Shown one piece after another: positions 33,825-43,100 of a stretch of 64,000 nt of DNA. Each line of letters opens with the position of its first letter. Position 1 is the first letter of the stretch. Position numbers and translations under genes: made by a program. The notes under the pieces were generated by a model, which ran no database searches, had not been told where the DNA came from, and worked only from the letters and a program-made list of their open reading frames with translations. The stretch is taken from the NCBI GenBank assembly GCA_963677895.2, contig CAXXGJ010000018.1:480001-544000 (forward strand), given 5' to 3'. Source of the DNA: Treponemataceae bacterium (lineage in GTDB: Bacteria > Spirochaetota > Spirochaetia > Treponematales > Rectinemataceae).

Positions 33825-35879
33825 ATGAAAAATGCCTACGTGCCCCAAAACCCCGATCACGATATCAGCCCCTTCACGGGCATGACGAGGCAGCACTACA
33901 TCGACCTGGCCAAGCATCTTCTGGAACGGGCTTTCGAGCACGTGGCCAGCTTCGATTCGCCTTTCGCCTTTCCCATCGTGCCGGGGAAGTCCTATCCCCA
34001 GGCCGATTCGCCGCCCTGGAGATTCCGCGCTCACGAATTCGAGTCCCTGGAACGCAGCCTTACCCTGGCCGCTCCCCTTATGCATGTGGAACCAGATGTC
34101 GAGATAAAGGGCTGGAAGCTGCGAGATTATTACTGCAACCAACTCTACAAGGCTTTGACGCCGGGCAACCCCCAGTCTCTGCCCCTGCCGGATGACTTGC
34201 CCGACGCCACCTATCAGTTCACCTGTGAATTCGGCGGATTGCTCAAGACCCTCCTCCTGCTGCCCGACGTGCTCTGGCCGTACTTTACGCAGAAGCAGAA
34301 AGACGAAATGGCCATTGCCATATCCAAATGGGCGCACCACCGGACCACCCAGAACAACTGGCGCATCTTCAATATGGTGGCGCTTTCCTTCCTCAAGAAG
34401 CAAGGATACCGGATAGACGACGAGCTCCTCAAAAGCCACCTTCTCTGGGTAGTTTCCTATCATTCGGGCGAGGGTTGGTATCTGGAGCAGACCTACAACT
34501 ACTACACGATAAGTCTTTTCATCGTGTATGGGACGGTCTGGGCCAGGACCTTCGGCGATGAACATTACCCGGAGATAGCGGCCACCATCGAACGCTCGGC
34601 CCGTGAAATGATGGCGACCTATCCCAATTTCTTCGCCCGGGACGGCTACATAAACATGTGGGCCCGCTCCATCTGCTATCGCACCTGGATCTCGGGCGGC
34701 TTCCCCGTTTCCTTCATGCTGAAGGATGGCTCGCCGCTGGACCCGGGCTGGGCGCGGCGTCTCTGCTCGGGCTCGCTTCTGCAGTTCGTGTCGCGGGAAG
34801 ACTTCTACTTTAACGACATACCGGCCTTGGGTTTCTATGGCCATAAGGAGTACATGGTTCAGGACTATTCCTGCCCCGGAAGCCCCTTCCTTATGTTCCT
34901 GCCCTTCATCGCCCTGGCTCTGCCCGAGGATTCGCCCTTCTGGACGGCCAAGGAGAATGAGGGCATATGGGAAGGCATGGGCGACAGGACGGAGCGCCAT
35001 GCCCTGGACAAACCTGGTCTGGTCCTCGTAAACCATGGCCTGACGGGGACATCGGAGATTCTCCCGGGCAAGGTGTACTATGACGACCCCAACTATTCGA
35101 AACTGACTTACAACACGCACTTTCCCTGGGAGGACCATGACCCGGCCGGAGGGACGGCCATGGAATACGCCTTCCGCAGCCTGGACCCCCGCGATGTCAG
35201 GGGGGAGGATATTAACTTCTACCTGACGGGCAAGAAGATCGCCAATGACGCGAAAAGGAATGCCGACTTCAGCATACTGCAGAGCATGGTGTACAACGGC
35301 ATCCGCGACGACGTCCTCTACAGGCAAGCCCTCATGCGCAAGCCGCCCAACAACGGCGTCGGCTACATCGTGGATCTGGCCGAGATAACCCTGCCGGGCG
35401 GCGTGCTGCGCGTCGATCGCTCGCGCATGGCTTTCGAGCACGAACTCACCCTCGGGCACTTCGGGCTGCCTCACTACGACGGTGTCCCTGCCAAAGTCGT
35501 ACGCTTCTCGGACGGGCGCAGGGAAGTCGTCACCGCTTCCATTCCCGGTCGCCGCGTCGCTCTCGTCGCCTACGCGGGCTGGGATGGTCTCGAGGTCCTG
35601 ACCCACGCGAACCGCAACGCCGAAACCGATGAGAGCACGGTAATCTACGCCCGCCGGAGGCGGACGCAGAAGAACCCGCCTATGGAACTCATGATTCTGG
35701 CCATGCTCCATAGGACGGACGACGCTCCCTGGACGGAGGAAGAGCTGGATCCGCTCGCTTCTTGGGAGGTCTGGGACATCATGCCTTCGGGATCGGCCCT
35801 GGGAGCCTTCCTGAAACTGCGCGATGGCCGAAACTTTACCGTGGACTTCGCGGGCATCGACGGTTACCGAGCCTGCTGA
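33825..35879 (+). CDS. DUF2264-family protein (possible GH154-related glycosidase)
   Basis: SPFTGMTR, NNWRIF, GEGWY, WARSICYR and YSCPGSPF match recalled DUF2264 motifs. Confidence 0.7.
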   Translation: MKNAYVPQNPDHDISPFTGMTRQHYIDLAKHLLERAFEHVASFDSPFAFPIVPGKSYPQADSPPWRFRAHEFESLERSLTLAAPLMHVEPDVEIKGWKLRDYYCNQLYKALTPGNPQSLPLPDDLPDATYQFTCEFGGLLKTLLLLPDVLWPYFTQKQKDEMAIAISKWAHHRTTQNNWRIFNMVALSFLKKQGYRIDDELLKSHLLWVVSYHSGEGWYLEQTYNYYTISLFIVYGTVWARTFGDEHYPEIAATIERSAREMMATYPNFFARDGYINMWARSICYRTWISGGFPVSFMLKDGSPLDPGWARRLCSGSLLQFVSREDFYFNDIPALGFYGHKEYMVQDYSCPGSPFLMFLPFIALALPEDSPFWTAKENEGIWEGMGDRTERHALDKPGLVLVNHGLTGTSEILPGKVYYDDPNYSKLTYNTHFPWEDHDPAGGTAMEYAFRSLDPRDVRGEDINFYLTGKKIANDAKRNADFSILQSMVYNGIRDDVLYRQALMRKPPNNGVGYIVDLAEITLPGGVLRVDRSRMAFEHELTLGHFGLPHYDGVPAKVVRFSDGRREVVTASIPGRRVALVAYAGWDGLEVLTHANRNAETDESTVIYARRRRTQKNPPMELMILAMLHRTDDAPWTEEELDPLASWEVWDIMPSGSALGAFLKLRDGRNFTVDFAGIDGYRAC

Positions 35880-36001
35880 GGCCCGCCGCCTGGCTGGACT
35901 GCCCATTATTCGCTTTTTCCCTTGGCTCATGTCGCATTTATCGATATCTTTGACATATAAGTATTCCTGAATATAGGAAAAACTTATTTAAGGAGTGTTA
36001 T

Positions 36002-36616
36002 ATGTCATTTACCGTACCCGCATTGAAATATTCTTTTGACGCCCTCGAGCCGCACATCGACGCGGAGACCATGCGCATCCATCACGACAAGCATCATGCC
36101 GCCTATGTCGCGAATCTCAACAAGGCAATCGAAGGGACCGATTATGCGGCCTGGAATCTCGAAGCTCTCGTCCGCGACTGGAAGGAACTTCCCGCCTCGA
36201 TCCAGACCGCCGTGCGGAACAACGGCGGCGGTCATTACAATCACAGCTTTTTCTGGGAAAGCATCGCCCCGAACGCCGGCGGCAAACCCTCGGGCGTTCT
36301 TGCCGCCGCCATGGAAAAAGAGTTGGGCGGCTTCGACGCCTTCAAGGCCGAATTCAGCAAGGCGGCCATGGGACGATTCGGATCGGGCTGGGCCTGGCTG
36401 TCATTCGACGGAAAATCCAGGAAGCTCGTCATCGGATCCACAGCCAACCAGGACAGTCCGCTGGCTGAAGGCTTGATTCCTCTTCTCGGCGTGGATGTAT
36501 GGGAACATGCCTATTACCTGAAGTACCAGAATCGCAGGGCGGATTATCTGGAGGCATTCTTCAACGTCATCGACTGGAGAAAGGTCGAGGAACGATTCGA
36601 GAGGGCGGCGGGCTGA
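36002..36616 (+). CDS. sodA: Fe/Mn superoxide dismutase
   Basis: HHDKHH, NNGGGHYNH, FGSGWAWL, DVWEHAYY. Confidence 0.95.
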   Translation: MSFTVPALKYSFDALEPHIDAETMRIHHDKHHAAYVANLNKAIEGTDYAAWNLEALVRDWKELPASIQTAVRNNGGGHYNHSFFWESIAPNAGGKPSGVLAAAMEKELGGFDAFKAEFSKAAMGRFGSGWAWLSFDGKSRKLVIGSTANQDSPLAEGLIPLLGVDVWEHAYYLKYQNRRADYLEAFFNVIDWRKVEERFERAAG

Positions 36617-36702
36617 GGCCGAAGTCCAGCCGCGGTCACGGTCACACAATCATGGCCGCGGTCACACTCACGGTCATATTCGCGACCGCAGGCCTTGAAC
36701 GA

Positions 36703-36740
36703 AAAGAGCTCCTTGCATGTCAGGGAGCTCTTTGCTTTTT
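36703..36740 (+). terminator. Intrinsic terminator after sod
   Basis: AAAGAGCTCCTTG...CAGGGAGCTCTTT then GCTTTTT. Confidence 0.7.
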
Positions 36741-36790
36741 AGCTCATAAAGCCATAAAATAACGCAAAGATCGTTCACTGGAGACAGCAT

Positions 36791-37237
36791 ATGAATATCA
36801 GCCTGATGACAACCGATGATTATGAAGCCGTGTATTCGTTATGGATAAACACAGCCGGCATGGGGCTAAACAGCCTGGATGATTCGAGGGAAGGAATTGA
36901 AATCTACCTGAAGAGAAATCCCGGTACCTGTTTTGTGGCCAAAGAAGAAAAAAGAGTGGTCGGCGTCATTCTCAGCGGTCACGATGGACGAAGAGGGTAC
37001 ATTTATCATACAGCGGTGGATATGGATGAAAGAGGGAAGGGCATAGGGAAGCGATTGGTTGAGAAAGCCATAGAGGCGTTAAGGCAAGAAGGGATACATA
37101 AGGTAGGACTTGTCGTCTTCGGGAAGAATGAGACCGGCAATAAATTTTGGGAAAGCATCGGATTTGAGGAGAGGAAAGATTTAATCTATAGAAGCAAGAT
37201 AATCACGTCGAGGAATATGGAAAGAATCGATACATGA
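36791..37237 (+). CDS. GNAT acetyltransferase (YpeA-like)
   Basis: GHDGRRGYIYH, RGKGIG, N...FWESIGF. Confidence 0.88.
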   Translation: MNISLMTTDDYEAVYSLWINTAGMGLNSLDDSREGIEIYLKRNPGTCFVAKEEKRVVGVILSGHDGRRGYIYHTAVDMDERGKGIGKRLVEKAIEALRQEGIHKVGLVVFGKNETGNKFWESIGFEERKDLIYRSKIITSRNMERIDT

Positions 37238-37311
37238 TTTAGCGGGCAGAAGCGATCGCCCAACGACCGCTCCTTCCTTGCTCACGAAATGAGGACTATT
37301 TTATTTTCACC

Positions 37312-38583
37312 CTAAGCGGCTGAAATGCTTTTATCCGCTTCCTCGGGTAATGTCGCGCAACCTTCTGCGTAAAAATTCCCGGATAGGAAGATGCTCAGGC
37401 CAAGAAGAATCATGAATACGGCGCATACGATCACAAGCGTCTGAATTCGAACAACGTCAGCCAGCGGTCCGAAGATCACCATGCCAAGAGGCATGAAGCC
37501 CGTAAACATCACGTTGACCAGGCTGAAAACCCTGCCCATCATGGACGGAGCGGTTTTTTCCTGAACCAGCGTAAACACCGCGGTTTGAGCCGCCGGTATG
37601 GTCATGCCGATAAAGAACATGAGACTGGCGAAAAGCCAGAACGCGTTGGTGATGCCGACGGCCAAAGAAGCGGCGCCATTGATCATGACTCCCAGAAACA
37701 ATGTCTTGTTCCGATTCTTGAAACCTCCGGTCGCGCCAAGCAGAAGGCCGCCGGCCAAAGCCCCCGCGAAACCCACCGTCTCATTGATAGTCAGCAACAG
37801 CACATTGTCGCCGAAAGTCCTTCCGATCATGAGCGCCGTCAGGAATCCTGAAGGCACGCAGAGAAAAATGTACGCTCCGTACGTCATGAGCAGCTTTCTC
37901 AAGAATTGGTGATTCCACGTAAACACGAAACCCTCCTTCATTTCCTTGAATACGGAAGTGGGTTCCGTCCTTTCGGTCGGTCGATGCTTTGGCGTTTTTA
38001 TCAATGCCAATATGCCGATGCCGATGACCGCGGTAGCTACGTCAATGAACATAATGTTGTGGATCGGGCCGACAGACATCAGCGTTCCCGCGGCGATGGG
38101 AGAAACGAACTGGACAAAAGACTGAATGCTTCCGTTGATTCCGTTCACCCACATGAGCTTGTCTTCGGGAACGAGCTGCGGAATCATGGCATTCATGGCA
38201 GGCGTCTGAATGCCGCTGCCGAGAGAACGGATGGTGGAGGCGATAATTATCGCAGGGAGAACTGTTGCGCCAAGGTTGCCGGACATCATGTAAACCGCGA
38301 GCAGCAGGGTCGTCGCGGCGATGGCCGCGTCGGCGATCAGGATTATGCTTTTTCTGTTGTAGCGATCCGCCCAGACCCCCGCGAAAAGAGACATGATCAT
38401 CTGGGGCAAAAACGCCGCCAGCGTCAGCACAGTAACCCAGCCGCCCGATGATGTTTCCAGAGCCACATGCCAGATGATCGCCATTTGCACGATTTGCGAT
38501 CCGAAAAGCGAAATTCCCTGGCCCGCGAGGAACGCTATTATCTTTCCCCGCCATTTTGGCTCGCGCCGATTATCCGAATCCAT
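37312..38583 (-). CDS. MFS efflux permease (DHA3/Mef-like)
   Basis: GQGISLFGS, GVWADRYNRK, GRVFS, GPLAD; 12 TM. Confidence 0.85.
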   Translation of the reverse strand: MDSDNRREPKWRGKIIAFLAGQGISLFGSQIVQMAIIWHVALETSSGGWVTVLTLAAFLPQMIMSLFAGVWADRYNRKSIILIADAAIAATTLLLAVYMMSGNLGATVLPAIIIASTIRSLGSGIQTPAMNAMIPQLVPEDKLMWVNGINGSIQSFVQFVSPIAAGTLMSVGPIHNIMFIDVATAVIGIGILALIKTPKHRPTERTEPTSVFKEMKEGFVFTWNHQFLRKLLMTYGAYIFLCVPSGFLTALMIGRTFGDNVLLLTINETVGFAGALAGGLLLGATGGFKNRNKTLFLGVMINGAASLAVGITNAFWLFASLMFFIGMTIPAAQTAVFTLVQEKTAPSMMGRVFSLVNVMFTGFMPLGMVIFGPLADVVRIQTLVIVCAVFMILLGLSIFLSGNFYAEGCATLPEEADKSISAA

Positions 38584-38614
38584 GATGCCCCTCCGGTATA
38601 TCTTTGATGAAAAA

Positions 38615-38645
38615 AGCTTACCATCCGGTTTTTGACTGGTGGCAT
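38615..38645 (-). promoter_or_regulatory. MerR-type promoter (19-bp spacer) for the MFS gene
   Basis: Minus strand ATGCCA-N19-TAAGCT with an imperfect dyad in the spacer. Confidence 0.5.
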
Positions 38646-38679
38646 ACTGGAGGCTTAATTATTTTATTTATTCGCGGCC

Positions 38680-39420
38680 TTAGCTTTCCCTCATGGCATC
38701 GAGAATGGACAACATTTCCAGCGCGTCATTTTCCGCCATGCTCAGCGCGGTGATATATCGGTCGGCGGCGCAAACGATATCCTCGTCCTCATTGGGCGTA
38801 TCGATCGCTTTCCTTACATTCGTATCGCCTCTGTCCAGGCGATTCAACATTCTAAGTATGGACATCATGGAATAGTGAGCGTTTCGAAGCGTTCGGATGA
38901 TTTTCAGCCTATTCATTTCCATCAATCCGAATTTCCTGCGTCCGTTTGCGCTTCGCGGCACCCGGATCAAGCCGTTTCTTTCCCAATCGCGCAAAACATC
39001 GATAGTGATGCCGAGAATGTCCGCCGCCATGAGTCTGCCGCTGAACATTACCGCTTTATCCGATTTTTCGTTTTTTTCAACGATGCTTAAGGCGATAAGG
39101 ATTGCCTCTTCCGCTCTGGCCCTCTCTTCTCTCAGATGCTCCAAATACTTCCTTGTGCCTCGATATGCCGCGTCGATATCGTTCGCTGCCGCGGTCTTCA
39201 CGATGTCATAGACTTCCTGCCTGAGCCTGTCCCCGATTATCTCCGCGTGAAAAGCCCTGCGCAGCAGCCTAAGCTGCCTAAGATGGGCGTCGCTGAAAAT
39301 TCGGTATCCGCTTTCCGTTCTGGGTATCGAGGGAAGCAGTTTCATCGATTCGTAAAACCTTATGGTATTGGGATGAACTCCGATAAGCTTCGCTATCTGG
39401 GAGGTTTTATAGGTGCTCAC
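38680..39420 (-). CDS. MerR-family regulator with two MerR HTH domains
   Basis: IAKLIGVHPNTIRFYE...RTESGYRIF and AADILGITIDVLRDWERNGLI...NGRRKF. Confidence 0.88.
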   Translation of the reverse strand: MSTYKTSQIAKLIGVHPNTIRFYESMKLLPSIPRTESGYRIFSDAHLRQLRLLRRAFHAEIIGDRLRQEVYDIVKTAAANDIDAAYRGTRKYLEHLREERARAEEAILIALSIVEKNEKSDKAVMFSGRLMAADILGITIDVLRDWERNGLIRVPRSANGRRKFGLMEMNRLKIIRTLRNAHYSMMSILRMLNRLDRGDTNVRKAIDTPNEDEDIVCAADRYITALSMAENDALEMLSILDAMRES

Positions 39421-39483
39421 GGAACCGCCTCCTCTTTTTTTATTGTTTTTTCTGGATTCGGTCTACAAAATTTTCTGCTAATA

Positions 39484-39534
39484 AAAAAGAGAAGGGCAAT
39501 TCCTTTTATTATAAGGAATTGCCCTTCTCTTTTT
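39484..39534. terminator. Long hairpin next to the left att copy
   Basis: AAAAAGAGAAGGGCAATTCCTT...AAGGAATTGCCCTTCTCTTTTT. Confidence 0.75.
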
Positions 39535-39545
39535 AGCCCCTAGGG
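39530..39545 (-). repeat. att direct repeat (duplicated tRNA-Glu 3' end)
   Basis: 16-bp identity with 51848-51863. Confidence 0.8.
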
Positions 39546-40019
39546 CTACAAAACAGCTTGTATTTGATCATTTTACCCAATCTTTTATTAGGTTTTTCCT
39601 CATTGGGTATGGGCCTGAAATGGTACTTTACCCGAGTAAACACATACGGGTATGTGTTTACTATCTCCCTGCAGGGAAGTTTTGCTGGCAGGAAGAATTC
39701 AATCACATATTAGCTTTTTTCAATATTCAAGATGGCGCATATAAAATACACTGAGCAAACTCAGAATAGACAATATAACCAAATGTGGCTTCAGCTTTTA
39801 AGGGAACGGCAATGTCTATTACGCTTGGTCTCGAACTGAGTTTTGGAAAAAGCGGAAAAAAGTATTCTATGAAAACTATATTCTATAATGACTTAACACT
39901 TACATATCGTGGCAGGGTTTTTGCTCCTTACCCAGTTTTGTGCACAGTAGTGAAGCTATTTTTCTATCTTTACTACACGCGTTAAGTTAAGGACAATAAT
40001 TTTATATTTTTAAAATACT

Positions 40020-40047
40020 TTGACAAACTGCATGACGGCAGTATGTT
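40020..40047 (+). promoter_or_regulatory. Candidate sigma70 promoter of rhs
   Basis: TTGACA-N16-TATGTT, about 120 bp upstream of AAGGAG/ATG. Confidence 0.45.
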
Positions 40048-40167
40048 AGGAATAGAATTTAAGAATAAATAGGAAGCTATGTTTCAGAGTTTTATGAGTA
40101 ACTCAATCAAGTATTAACCGCAAGACATGATTCAAAAGCAATAAAATAATCACAAAAGGAGCATTGT

Positions 40168-43100
40168 ATGAAAAAAGGACTGGGATTAATAGCGGCGGTA
40201 ACGCCGATCGTAAACGACGATGGAATGCTAAGTGGTGTGCCCAATGCTCGGGGGAATCTTGTCATAGACAAGAAGGGCGATGTGCAATACATGCCACTCG
40301 AGGCGGGAGTCCACAATATAGGATTTGGAGAACGAGGGCATCTTGCCTTCGATACGGCAAAGGTCTTAACGGCAAGGGTGGCGACATCGAAGTTGTGGGC
40401 GACTGAAGCAGCAAGAAAGTCGGTCTTCGGCGCCTCGATCGAGGTGACGGAGCGTATAGTGAACCAGGTGAGCTTTCCTACGGGACAGCAGGGATTCGAG
40501 GCGCGGGGGAAAGCGTATCACTTCGAACCCGAAGGGCTCATCTTCGAGAGTTCCGCGACACTGACACTTCCCTATGAAAGCATTGAAGGAAAAGACGACT
40601 CATGGATCAACATCTACTACTACGACAAAGAACTTTTAATGTGGGAAGTTATACCGAAGTTGTCACAGAATAGGGAGAATAAGACGATTACGGTGGAAAT
40701 CAGTCATTTCAGTGATTACGTGGCTGGTTTGTCGTCATTTCGGATCGACGAGGGAGGAAGTATTAACGGAGGAAGACAACTGGGGTATAGCGTGGATCCA
40801 TACTATGGAACGCTAATAATAAAGAGCGGGGAAGTATCGGTACAAGCTCGGGGTGTGAACCTCGAGCTTCAAGCGATGTTTAATTCTGACTATCTTTATA
40901 CAAAGTACCTTCCGACGTTTACAGGCAGTGAAACAACAGCGGGACAGAGTCTGGTACAAACCCCCAACATGAAGTATCCGTTTCTGGGGGTGGACATAAG
41001 TTCCGGCTGGTCATATGAGCTTCCTTCCTGCCAGTTTAGTGTGAATAACATGCTTACGCTGATACTCCCGGACGGGAAGAAGTACGACTTATCGCAAGCG
41101 TTGATCTGGTGGGTAGGGAAGAGTGCAGGAAGCAGCACGACAACAACACTAGCGTCGTGCCAGATCGAAAAGCCGACGGTAAATAGTATACGAATTTTGA
41201 TTCCCGAGATAGGGTATGGGATTGAGGCTTCAGTGGAGGATACCTCCTCCTATTTCATAGTTCGGTGGAACACTCTGGCAAAAGCATCGAATGTACGGAT
41301 CTATCCAGCAGACGGAAAGAAGATAATGTTTATGGCCGACGGATCGGGGAACATACAATATCTTTATGACGCAAGCGGAAAGAATTGGTTGCACTATGTG
41401 TACTCCGGGACCAAACTGCAGGCGGTAGAACACAACGACGGACGGGCGATAAAGATCTATTCGTACATGAACTCAAACAACACAAAGTCCCTCGTCTATG
41501 TCCTGTCGAGCTCGACGAACATGACAACCTTGAATGCAGAAGATCAGTTTCTCTCCCGGCGGGTGTTCGATAGCTCTGGGAGGCTTCAATACGCAGACAA
41601 GCTTGGAACGCTGTCGGGATTTTCTGCAAGCACGAGCTGGGAAGGGGTGACTGCATCGAACGAATCGATATATTTTATGGTGCTGCAGCGGACGGGCTAC
41701 AGCTACACCATGCATTCGGCGGTGGCTGGGAACACTCTTCAGGTGACAGAGCCTGGAGGTGGGTACAAGGTGTATACGTTCACGGTTTCGTTCTTTCCAG
41801 GGGGCGTCTCAACAAAAACAGCAGAACGAATTGTCGGTCAAGGAGAGGAGTCTGATACGGTCATTGATTATACCTATCTTTATCATAATAAACCAAAAGT
41901 AATGAACTATAAAGTTGCTAGGAACATCAATGAGATTCAGTCGCTAGCAGAGGTCCTCAGATACAATTATGCGAGTTCGTGTGGACGGACTTCATTTAGT
42001 ACAAACTCGTACCAGACGCAAGAGGGATCATATCCAACCCTGTGGAACACGATGCCTGCGATGACGGTGCGGGAGCAGTCGGAGTTCAATGGAGCTACTA
42101 TCTCGCAGGTGACTGAGGAAGTGCTGACCTATTCGCATACGGGAAGCACAACCGATACATATAGAGGGCTGGGTGAAGATGTAACATACTACTACGTATC
42201 CGGCACCAAGACCTTCCACGACAAGATGACACGGACCTTCACAGATGTAATATACAATGCATACTACCCATCGGTTGAAAGTTATTACGTGGGAGACTCA
42301 GCGAGCGCGAAATGGACGGTATCGTATGTCTATGACAGCTACGGCAGGAAGGTGAAGGTTACCGATAGTAGAGCGGGAAGAATGTACTATCGGTATCTGT
42401 ATGGAGGACAGAACACCGACTCAGTGTTTTCAGACAATCCCTACACCGATCCGACTGATCGGCTTTTATACACAAGCTTCGGGGTTGTACGGGGGGAGGC
42501 CGCCGAACAGAGTATCGGGGTGTATGCGAAGACGTACTTCCAATACGACAGTCTCCTGAACGCGACGACGAAACGAGTATACGACACGAGATCAGGGGCA
42601 GCAGTGACGCTAGATACAGGGTACACTTACGATGGGACGACGAATGTACTAACGGGAATCACGTACCCTTTAGGGAATGTACTGGCCTTGAGCTACGGAA
42701 CAGGGTGGAAGGGTTCATACATTATTAAGGACTCTCGGACCATGGATAATGTAACGAAGTTAGTGAACGAATTCGATTATGATTTTAGGGGCCGGAGGAC
42801 AAGCGCGACACCGAAGCTTGAGAATGGCGCGGGAAATGCGATTGTAGATGCTTCGGCACCGATCACGACGACAAGATATGTATATGATGGGCTTAGTAGG
42901 GTGACATCGAAAACGAGAATGGTAGGTGGGGAAACGACAGAGTTGTACCGGAGGGTTTACAACGATACGAATCTGACGGTGACGACTACGGATGCAAAGG
43001 GATACAGGACTTTTGCGATATATGACATATTCTTCAGGAAAATAGTAGAGGAGAGTTTTCGTCCGAACACGGAGAATCAAGGTGTGAGCTATGATGGAGT

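Noticed and set aside
33771..35930. 719-aa minus-strand ORF and many other long antisense ORFs
   Set aside because: Shadow frames of real genes in GC-rich DNA, with no motifs.
36628..36700. GGTCAC-rich short repeats after sod, readable as a Val/Thr leader peptide or a His-rich peptide
   Set aside because: No RBS, irregular repeats, and the downstream gene is not amino-acid biosynthetic; not CRISPR-like.
39700..39985. 66-aa ORF upstream of rhs
   Set aside because: No RBS or recognisable motif, and stops in the flanking frames; probably decayed sequence.
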